Assembly: GCA_001643675.2 (NCBI GenBank)
Contig: LSRY02000023.1
Coordinates: 930,001-994,000, forward strand
DNA length: 64,000 bases
DNA from: Monocercomonoides exilis PA203
Taxonomy: Eukaryota; Protista; Preaxostyla
Direction: 5' to 3'
Of this stretch, positions 14,654 through 24,795 are shown one piece after another; position 1 is the first letter of the stretch; the number at the start of each line of letters is the position of its first letter. Both the position numbers and the translations under genes were made by a program. The notes under the pieces are model-generated. The model saw nothing but the letters and a program-made list of their open reading frames with translations, ran no database searches and was not told the origin of the DNA.

Positions 14654-15362
14654 TTATTTGTTCAAATCAGCTTTTCCAAAAAAATGAAGCAAAACTTTCA
14701 ATATTTAAATGTCTTTCTTATGGAAGTCGCCACTGAAAAATGAAAATTGACAGATCTTTTTTGAATTCAAACTTTCAATCTTTTTTTGATCAATATTTAT
14801 TTTTCTATGGGAATGAAAAATAAAATATGGCAAAATTTTTATATTCCATATTTTGTTCCACTTGTTATTTTTTCAAATATTTCAATATGAAATTAAATTA
14901 TTCACTTATTTATTATTATTATTATTAAACCTTTGCGACAAACCGACAAAATCTATTATCTTCGACATCTCGACAGACATCAGAATTAATAATTCCAGTT
15001 AAATTTTCACATTTGTTATTTACCATTAAAAAATGAAATAACAATTAATTTAAACAATTTGGTGTTTCAAAAGGAAATATATAAATTAATTTTCCTATCA
15101 AAATATTTTCGATAGAAAAATTTTTCATAAAAATATTAAACTGAAATGGTTTTCGACAGATCGGGTTCAAGGTGAATATTTTGTGTCGAAGATCATCATG
15201 TCTTTTGAAGTAAATAAGTTTATTATGGATGAAAAATACAATGCGGTATATAGGCAGTTACCAGCTGAACTGAAAAACAGTTTATCTTCTCCTTCAATTG
15301 TTTGTTACCTCAACTTCACTTAATAAATATCTTTATTTCAAAATCTTATATGCAATTTAAAG

Positions 15363-18202
15363 ATGGATGCATTCAAAGCGAAAATCGATGAATTGAATAA
15401 AAATGGATGTACTCTTGTATCGTTGGTTCCAGGGAGAACAACCATTTTTTGCCAGTGTTTGTTTTCACTGAAAGATTTTTCTCATCTTGATTTAGATAAC
15501 ATTTTTTATTTGATTTCAGATTATAAGCACCCAAACAATTCTGGACAAGAGATTGGAAAAGTTCATTTTGAAGAAGCCAAAGGAAAACTGTGGATAGCAT
15601 ACGTCCCTGTTCTTGCAGATGGTTCTTTAAAAAAAGACGGTCATTATTACTATTTATGTCCAAATTGCAAATGTGGAATAAACTGTACGTTTTCTGCAAG
15701 GAAAGGAACAAACAGAATTGATGATCATTATTGTTCACTTGTGCATTCCACAACGATAGTACCATATTTAGAAAAACAAGCCTTGCCAAAAGAAAGCAAT
15801 TCACGAAATATCCAATCTTCATCTTATTTTCAGTTCAACAAATTAATTGAGATGTTTTTGCATCTTGTTAGTCATTGCAACATTGCATTTTTATCGGCAT
15901 ATTCTAATGAGTTCAATGCGTTTATTACTGAAGTAATAAAAACATCTCAGGCTAATCCAACTCTCTCTCACACATCAATATTTCCCATTCTTTCTGCAAG
16001 AAAACTTACATCTATGATCGAAAAAGAAACAAGGAAAAAGATTGAAGAAAGAAATAAAATTCTGTCAAATACTTCAGTTTCTGTGATGTTTGATGGAGGA
16101 CTTGTAGCTGGAAAAAAATACATTGTTATTTCTGTTGTTCCATTACAATCAAATGCACATCCTGTTTTTTGGGGACTTCGAAAACATTGCGCAACTTCAG
16201 AACAATACTGCGAGCTTGCAATGAATATTATGAAAGAGATGAAAGAAATAAAATCAGTGGTTCGATGTTTCTGTACAGACGGCTTAAAATCTCAGAAAAT
16301 TGCGATTGAAAACATTCATGAATCTATGAAAACATTCAGTGCAGATTCCATTGATTACGACATAATACCGTTCTTCATTTACTGCAACAACCATTTGATA
16401 AACCTGATTGTTATACACTTGTTTAACTCTAACAAATATCTGAAAGATTTGAAAGAAACGATTGTCCAGTTTTCAAAGAATTACAGAAAGCGTGCAACAA
16501 AGGATATATCGAAACCCAAGTGTCCAGTTTTTATCTCAACACGTTGGCTTTGTTTATATAATATTTGTTTTTTATAAGAAAAAACTCTGATTTAATTCTC
16601 GATTTAAATTTATTAGATAGATCAACAATAACAGATGTGATAAAATGCGAAGTTCTACTCTTCCCACTTCAAACAATGCATCTCATTTTTGAGCATGATA
16701 AAACAAAGCTTGGGTCAGTATTTCAATGTATTTTACATGCGTTTGCTCAGTACACATGGCTATCTGAACTTGAAATTTTTCTGGATGAAAAGTGGAATCA
16801 GAACGTAATACAATGCATGGTTTTGTTACACAATTATTTTTTTGCAGGAGCTAGAGGAAATTTCCTTGCACTTGCATTTTCGTTAACGCCAGAAGGTTCG
16901 ACTTTTTACAGACAAGGCATGTTCATGAAATCTTTCTCACAAAAATTGGAAATTTTGAAAAATCTTCACTCATCAAAAAATACCATTTCCCACAACGAAA
17001 TAATCTCTCATGAAATTGAAAGCTCTACATCATCATCGTCACAATCTGAACAAAACCCAGCAAAAACAATGCACTTCAATTCATTGATGTATTTGCCACC
17101 CTCACAAAAATCTATATGTTCATCTGAAAATATTTATTTTGCAACGAATCATTCTTTGGTATCATTCTCGAATTTTTCTACCAAAACAACAAGTCATCAA
17201 TGTCAGTCAACTCATTTTCAAAGTGAAACAACGGTTTTAACATCTTCACAAATGTTAAAGCTGGATCAAATTCAAAATGTTTCACCATTTAGCGTTAACG
17301 AATTACGATTATCAATTAATAAATACAAAAAGGAAACACAACAAATAAATTCAAAGCCTCACACAGTTACATCTTTATTCACCAATCCTCTATTATCGAC
17401 ACAAATTATTTCACCACTTGGACCAAAAACATCAAACGATAATATACTTACAACCATCATAAAATGTCTTGAAGAGAATTGTTCTTTAAATACATCATGT
17501 GAAGAAAAAGATGGTGAAGAAATTTATAATGATGATCTTGAAGAAATTTTCGGACTTGTTGAAGCTGAACAAGAGTCAGAAAATGACGAGTTTGATGAAA
17601 CAAGGCAGTCCTCCAGTTTAGCATCCATTTCACCTTCGTTTTATCCCACTCGATTGGTAGATGCATCTTCAAAGCTCAGCGAAACAAACGATACAAACAG
17701 AATGGATGTTGAAAACACAGAAATTGGATCATGCTGTTCAGAAGAAATAGAGCAGGAGGAAGTGGAAGAAATAGGTTCAAGCGGAAAAATTGATGATTCA
17801 AACATTCAGATAACAGAAGAAAGAAAAAAATGCTTGTCGCAAATATTGCAGGCAATTCAAATGGATTGGTTTGCAAGAATAAAAAGCGGATTCGAAACAT
17901 ATGTGAAGAAAGTCTTGTTCAATCAAACAGATCAACTTCAGTCCGAGTGCATAGCTTTGCTCACATATTTTCTGATTGATTATCATCCTTCGATTGTGCA
18001 GGACAATCCCTTTGTTTATTACTTCGAAATTGGAAAATACGGAACAGTGCCAAATATTTATGCAAATATTTGTTACTCTCTAATCGTAGCTCCTGTAAGT
18101 GAATCCTCATGTGAACGTCTTTTTTCTCGCCTAAAAAGAATCATCGGAGAAAGAAGATACTCTTTAAATCTGGACACATTGAACGCGTTGTTAATTTTGT
18201 GA
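15363..18202 (+). CDS. hAT transposase (~946 aa) split across two overlapping frames at ~16568-16577
   Basis: N-terminal BED-like Zn finger (CPNC...HYCSLVH), catalytic D motifs MFDGG and FCTDG, CxxH motif YCNNHLINL, RW motif STRWL, and C-terminal hAT dimerisation/catalytic-E motif APVSESSCERLFSRLKRII.ERRYSL. Confidence 0.92.
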
Positions 18203-18902
18203 AACGTTGATGTTCATAATGTTGTTTATCAATTTCATATTTTTCTTAGTTATTATTTTATATTCTAATTTTTAACACATTCACCAATAGTTACAGATAA
18301 CAAATTTTTGTTGTTTCTCTTGGCTTTTGTTGTTCATGTGAGAGGAATAAAAACAAAATATGCAAAGTGAATAACTTCAGCGAGAGCAAGGTAAAAATAA
18401 CAAATGAAGAAAAATGTAACGAATATCTTTTTGAACATTTGATAATTTCAACTTCATAGTTGTCCGTGTTGCTAGTTGAATAGGTCTTCTAACGATAATG
18501 GATTGTAAGTTGAAATGTTATCAGAACAAGATAACGAAGCCTTGAACCTTTTGCGAGAAGCCTTAAATGCTCTGTTCATCTGGACTCTTTGCTATGCCAT
18601 ATTAGTCTCCACTGCAGTCTTTTCTCGTGTTGCATCTTCTTTCTGATCAGTAGAAATTCGTATTGAATAAAGTGAGCATTGCCGCGCCAAGCATTAACCG
18701 CTGGACGAGCACACGCTTCACCTGAACGAGCGAGGATCTGGTATTGGGGTTGTGTTCTAGTCACAACCTGACAGTATCGAGCAGTGTGCTTTGCCTGCCG
18801 CTCCCAGTCTTGGATTCTTTTTGCTTGATTTCTTCCATCTGGCATTTAATGCTTCTTATATTGAAACGGCTTTTGAACCGTTAGACTATATTGTTTCAAC
18901 AT

Positions 18903-19815
18903 TCATATCGATAATCTGATATATTCATTTGTCGCTCTCATCTTCTTGTTCGTCAACAGTTCTGGTGCCTTCCATCTTAGGCACTCTTTTCTATCATCAT
19001 CCTCATCCTCAAAGGCTGATGAGAGTAGAGAATCTTCATCATCATCGTCACTTGCCGAAGTCACAAAAGTTGAAGAAGAGATGGATGATGAGTCTGAATC
19101 ATCTGAAGATGAGCAGTCTGAGTGCATCGCTATTGTGATCACCATGTGCTCAGAGAACAGAACAATGTGCGGACTCAGATTCTCAAGAGAAGAAAGAGGG
19201 TTTTCCATTTCGTCAAATGAATGCAGCGCTCCATTCGCCACCCAGAACAGAATTTGTGCAGCTGTCACCTCTCTCTCCTGCAAAGTGCCAATAGCCATTT
19301 CCTTCTTCTCATTCCTCCCATGAAGCAGCATGAACAGCGAATCCCTCAGATCCACAATCAACTTTTCATGAGGAGATGAGCAGGCCGTTGCATCTACCAG
19401 ATTTGACATAGAAGAAGTTGTTGGACACATATCTTCCATTCGAACAAATGATGAATCAGAATCATTTGAAGAAGTTGAAGAAATTGATGGAGATGGTGAT
19501 CTTTTCCTTGTTATCTCGTCGTCATCTTTTTCGTCTGCTTTTTCAAGTCCCCAGTTTGTTATTTTGTCAGAATCATGCCCCAGAATATATTCAGTCGATC
19601 CACTTTCGGTTAACACATACTCCGACGATTTTGAATGAGCCATTTTCTTTCCTCCATATCTGTTTTTCATCTTTTCATTATTTATTCTTTTTGGATCCTT
19701 TTCAGTTTTTCTCCACTGATCTTCTGGAGACATGTCCATTGTTACCATCTCAAACGCTTTCGGATCTTTCTTTACTGTGTCATTTTCAATTTCTTCCAGC
19801 TCTTCGTTTCTTCTG
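18903..19815 (-). pseudogene. Captured host gene fragment: cytoplasmic degenerate tyrosine-kinase-like domain
   Basis: Open frame ...NEELEEIENDTVKKDPKAFEMVTMDMSPEDQWRK...LSPHIVLFSEH...ECLRWKAPELL, where RWKAPE resembles TK/TKL subdomain VIII. Truncated at both ends and located inside the hAT TIRs. Confidence 0.65.
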
Positions 19816-20480
19816 AGATATTTTTTCTAATCATTCTGTTGAAATAAATTAGAAAATTTGCTGTTAAAACATTAATAACTCAAACAACTTTCAAACACAT
19901 GAAATCCTTATTTTTCTTTGAAAATATGAATTATTGTACAATCGTCAACTTTAAATTGCCTTTATTTCATAAAATCAACATAATTCTATACCAAAACAAT
20001 GCAATGAAATTTCAAAAACACAAAGAAATTGAACAAACTTTCAAAAACCTTTTTTTTCAGATTTGCATTAAGTTAAGCTCATTCAGCCACCACTTGTAAT
20101 ATTTGCGAATGAGGAAAATTATCAAACAAGAAGAAATGATTATTCATTAAAAAAACACGAAACTTTAATAATTGTTGAAAAAAAGAATATCTTTTTCGAG
20201 ACCTAAATGAAACTTGCGAGAATTAAAAAACATGCAATCCGCCTCAAATACATGTTACAACTATATATGAAATTCGAAGTTTGCAGCATTTAATATATTA
20301 TGATTCAACCGTTAAACAATTAACAATTTTGATCATGCCCATAACAATGTAAATAATTTTGTATAATTATGGATAAAAAGATCTTAAAAAAATTATCACA
20401 ATTCATTATGAAAAAAATTTTTGTTATAATTTTATTCGTTTTTATTTAATCGAATTGAGCAACGCAAGCATTCATTCACG

Positions 20481-20491
20481 AAAAAAAAAAA

Positions 20492-20539
<48 letters not shown>
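20481..20539 (+). repeat. 59-nt poly(A) tract (one T) just inside the right hAT TIR
   Basis: Directly visible. Confidence 0.9.
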
Positions 20540-20541
<2 letters not shown>

Positions 20542-21334
20542 TCGACACAAGATATTATTTTCGACAGACACGAAAATGACAGATTTTATATGTCGCAAAG
20601 GTTTAATTATTATTATTATTATTATTATTATTATCATTTTGTAAATTTTGTTAACAAATATTTATTTTCCTGGGAAACTGATTCTGGACCCAAGTCCTGC
20701 AAGTTTCTCAATTATTAAGAAATAATTGAGCAACAAGATTGAATCAGTCTGGTCCTCATCCGAATATTATTCGGTTTCATTGGATAAGCATAAACAAAAA
20801 TTTATTATTTCTAAATTGATAATACTTTTGTTTCTTATTAATTAATTAATTAAATATTTAAAAATAATAATAATAAATTTAATGGCTATAAAATAATTAA
20901 TAAAATTGTAATTAAATTCAAAATAATTTTATTGTTAGCTTTAAACATCTGCGTCACATGCCATCTGACGTGAGCATTTTTTTAGTGACGTGACGTGACA
21001 GAAAAAAACATTATTATTCACTCATTTTTTCAAATTCCACTTTTGCCAAAAAAATAAAAATTATTAACAACAACAGATAAATATTTTTATTATATTAAAT
21101 AAGATTTAATGTGTTATTATAATTATTTTTGAATTTTTCAATCGGTTATTTTCAATTAATTAATGAAAAATGGGTTGTGTCGCATTCAAATTTTTATGGT
21201 ATAAATACCACTGCACTCACGTCACTGCCTGTCACTGAAATGATTTAAGTTAATAGTCCATTTTTACAAATGTTTGTATTTTTAATACGTCAAAATGTCT
21301 TTATAAAAATTTTCGTCTTGTTTTATTTGTTGTA

Positions 21335-23458
21335 TGGTCTGTCCAAAAAAATGTAGATCATCCCTCAAAATAAAAAAAAAAGATATTCCCCACATCGCTT
21401 GTGGATACTTTTTCTTTTCATTAATTTGTGAATTTTCAATGAATAAATGAACTCTGAAGCAAAAAAGTGACGAAGTTGTGTTGCTTTGGAAATATAAATA
21501 TTGTTTTTTTATTTGTTTTCATTTTGATAATGAATTGTTTAGCAAATAGTTATTTTTTCAACAGAAAAGTGTTTATTTGTGTATATCTCTTTTTTAAATA
21601 AACAAGTGACAGAGTTTGACAAAGTGTTTATATTTTTCTTCGCACGCTGTATAGTTTTTGTTTGTTGTAAAAATTTGTCATAATTGTTTTTTTGATTTAC
21701 GTTGCAACAACTTATTTCTTTTCAATCTTGCATGTTTGAAAAATAGTTGTTGACGTATTGTTTGTCGTTGCTTTTTTGAAAGCTATTGCACTCATTTCAA
21801 TGATCACCTCATTCAATAGAATTGCAAAACTATTGGATAATGTGATTTTATTTTTATTTTTTAATAGAAAACAAAAAGGCATTCTGTTTTAATTTGTTTT
21901 TGTTTTGTAAATTGAAGTGCTAAAAATATTATGAACTTGTAAATGAAGAAATATGTAACACAAATGTTTTTTTTCTTCGTTTTTGTTTCAAAAAAAAATA
22001 ATTGAAATTAGAAAGCGAATGTTACGTTCGAAACAAAAATAAACTTATGAAATGGTGAAAAAAAATTAAAAGATAAAACTTGCTTCACAGACCATTCAAG
22101 GATATGATTTGTGGCCAAATATTTATTTCGATATCCATGATGGTTTTCCTGACTTCTCTTACAGAAATTTCTTCAAAGGTTTTAGCCATTTCAGTGAAAA
22201 AGTGCGACTCCTCTTCCCACTTCAACGTATTTGATTCCACTCTTGCCTTCCAAATGCCAAATATGGTTTCGATTGGGTTGAAAATTGGAGAATATGCAGC
22301 ATTAAATAGCATAACATGCCCAGCTTCTTAAATAAGACTGTACGTGTTAATATGGTGGATTGTTGCATTATCCATTACGATCACAGACGATTTGTAATAT
22401 TTGATGGATAATAGAAAACGCTTAGTATAGGCTTCAAACACTTCATGGTTGACTGTTCCCCTTCATACTTCTGTGTGGCCCATTCCTAACATGGATATTG
22501 ATGTTATAGCTGAAATAGATTGAAATTGTGGAGGTGGAGGAACCAATGCTTTTTCTCCTCTTTCTGCCCAAAAGTATTTCCTGAGACAACTGACGTTCCA
22601 TGACGTCTCATCGATGTTGAAAACATATGCTCCATCTTTCTCGTATCAAAATAATATTTCAATGAAATGAATTCTTTGTTTCTTATTTTCATCGGTGTTT
22701 GCGAATGCTGGCCTGATAGTAATTCTCTTGAAAGAAAACATCTGGAATAAATCTGAATCATTGTTTTTTTCATGAAGCATATTGCGAACAGCAGATTTTG
22801 AAATATGCAATCCAGTTGAAGAAAGCTCGTGTGATATTGTTCGAAGGGTGGTTAATGGATTTTGCTTCATTTTTTGTCTTATGAGATTCTTGTATCGATC
22901 ATTGTTCACTATTTTTTTTCTTCCTTTTTGTTTTTCATTGTGAATAATGTCTATTCCAATCTGCAGTTTTTGAAAATACCTGCTGGTGGTGATGTTTGTT
23001 AGGGGGTCCATTCATTCGCATGCCAGCTTTCGAACCTACTTCTTTTATAAATTCTGAATTAATTTGTAAGTTTTTTTCTTTTTTCTATGGTTGCTGGAGT
23101 GTATGGCCTTTCACATTTTCCTTTAACCTCACTGTCCTTCTGCCTGCATTGTTCTATTTTTTCCTCTCTGTCTTCCTTTTCTTTCAAAGCTGCTCTCATT
23201 CTTTTATTTACATTTATCATTTCTTCCAATGGATGTGAAAAATGTGTTGTGATGTATTCAACACAATATTTCGATATATTTGGTACATTGCTGCTTAAAA
23301 ACGTACTTTCGTTTGGTGTTCTCGCATCCAGAAAGGAAATTGTTTGCATTGAATTTTTCTCATAATTTCAGCTAGAGATTGTGGGAATATCTATTTTTTT
23401 AATTTTGAGGGATGATCTACATTTATTTGGACAGGTCAACATTTTTTTGGACAGACTG
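21335..23458 (-). mobile_element. Tc1/mariner/IS630-superfamily transposon, 2,124 bp, inactive
   Basis: ~60-80-bp imperfect TIRs: left TGGTCTGTCCAAAAAAATGTAGATCATCCCTCAAAAT...GATATTCCCCAC; right read inward CAGTCTGTCCAAAAAAATGT...TGTAGATCATCCCTCAAAAT...GATATTCCCAC. Flanked by TA at 21333-34 and 23459-60. Confidence 0.9.
22085..23349 (-). pseudogene. Tc1/IS630-type DDE transposase pseudogene
   Basis: One frame from 23011 to 22085 contains an HTH (NPLTTLRTISHEL...ISKSAVRNML), FNIDETSW, VIVMDNATIH and NAAYSPIFNPIE. It is interrupted by TGA 22646-48, TGA 22463-65 and TAA 22328-30. The N-terminal part (23059-23349) is frameshifted relative to this frame. Confidence 0.88.
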
Positions 23459-23599
23459 TATTTATTGTTTGTGAATAATTTTCAATATTTCAAATTTTCT
23501 GATATTTTTTCTTTCTCATTTGTATCATTAAAGCATGTTCTTCATATAGACGTGGGTCAAATAAACGATGCACTCATATTAATTCAAACAATGGTTAAA

Positions 23600-24795
23600 G
23601 TTATGAGGTTTAGTGTAACATACGAATGGCTAGGAGAGATAGATAGCTTGTGTGGGAATGTGCGTGGTGTGGTGGGTATTTGACACCGGAAAGGGGATGT
23701 AAGAAAGTGCAGAACAGTGGCAGGGCAGGTGACAATGGCGATGGAATTTCAATTATTGGTGTTTGCTTCGATATTTGAAAAATGTAAATGTGAGATTGGG
23801 GAGGAATGGAGGATATGTGCTGGTGGTTGATGAGTGTGAGTTCAGGGTGAAGAAAACGAGAATAGCAAATTCGTCAAAGGGAGGGATCGGGCGGGGAATC
23901 CAGAACGCGGAGATTGTAAGAGAGAGTAGCTTGTGGTGGATCATAGACGAGGGGTGTAAGGTGAAGGAAATGAATGTTGTGGAGGGTGTGTGCATTTCCA
24001 GCCTGTGCTGAAGAACGTCAGCTGGGCAAGCAGAAAGGTGTATGCGTAGCTGCCGTTTGGGGTGCGGGAACAGGTGCAGTATGGGTTGTTGTTCCAGATA
24101 ATTGTGCGAGATGCAGACGAGAGCGAGCGGGTGAGTGCATACCAGTTTGATAGCACAGAGAGCAACGCGGAGCCGTGGAGGAACTGGAGGATCGGGTGGA
24201 ATGTGATTCAACAGAGCTGGGAAGATGAGGAGGAGCTGATGAGAGCGGTGAATTTGAGAGAGGAGCTATCTTTGGAGGAGCGTAGATGAGAGGAAGGAGG
24301 AGAGGGGAGGGCAGGGGAGGAGGAGGAGGAGGAAAAAGGAAAGTTCTCTGCTACAGCAGCGATTGCGCTGGAGGGGAAAGGGGAAGGTGCAGGCAGGAGG
24401 CTGAGCCTGCATGAGTGGCATGGGAGGACTATCATCCTGTTTATTGGGATAAGGATGGAGTGAATGGTTGTGGTGGTGATTGTGTGGTGCTGTGAATGGC
24501 AGCTGCGGCTGGTGGAGTTTGGTGAAAACGCACGATGGCAGAACCGAGAGATTCAGGAAGCGGCGTTTGAGCTGGTTAGGCGGTTCAAAACAGATAGCGC
24601 AGAAGCTGGTGAAGTGGATGTGGAGGTTGTGGAGAAGCTGAGTGCGCTAGCGCAGGTAAAGGAGGCGGTTGAGATAAAGCGGAAGATCAAAGCTGGAGGA
24701 AGTGGAAATGGAAGTGAAAGATGAAGAGAAAGGAGAAGATGAAGCAGAGTGGGGGCTGTGGAGAAATCTGCTGCGGCTGTGGTTTTTTTTCAAAC
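23600..24795. pseudogene. GC-rich, strand-biased degenerate coding-like island of unknown origin
   Basis: Sharp rise in GC and + strand purine content against AT-rich flanks. Minus-strand frames are broken by stops and frameshifts. No recognisable domain. Confidence 0.35.

Larger units (their letters stand above)
14926..20605 (+). mobile_element. Complete hAT-superfamily DNA transposon, 5,680 bp
   Basis: Perfect 15-bp TIRs TAAACCTTTGCGACA (14926-14940) and TGTCGCAAAGGTTTA (20591-20605). 8-bp TSD ATTATTAT (14918-14925 and 20606-20613). Internal hAT transposase. Confidence 0.93.

Noticed and set aside
16552-16578. 27-nt intron (GTTTAT...ATAAG) as the fix for the transposase frame break
   Set aside because: Its length is a multiple of 3 and splicing creates TAA, so it does not reach ORF2.
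20671-20785. Hammerhead or twister ribozyme call
   Set aside because: No CUGANGA...GAAA...UH core in a valid order on either strand. The GGACCCAAGTCC resemblance to twister is too short to support a call.
22328-22648. Stop-codon reassignment (TAA=Gln as in some oxymonads, or TGA readthrough) to explain the in-frame stops in the Tc1 transposase
   Set aside because: Both TGA and TAA occur, and the 10,664-codon ORF contains no TAA, TAG or TGA at all. Genes here end in all three stops, so simple pseudogenisation fits better.
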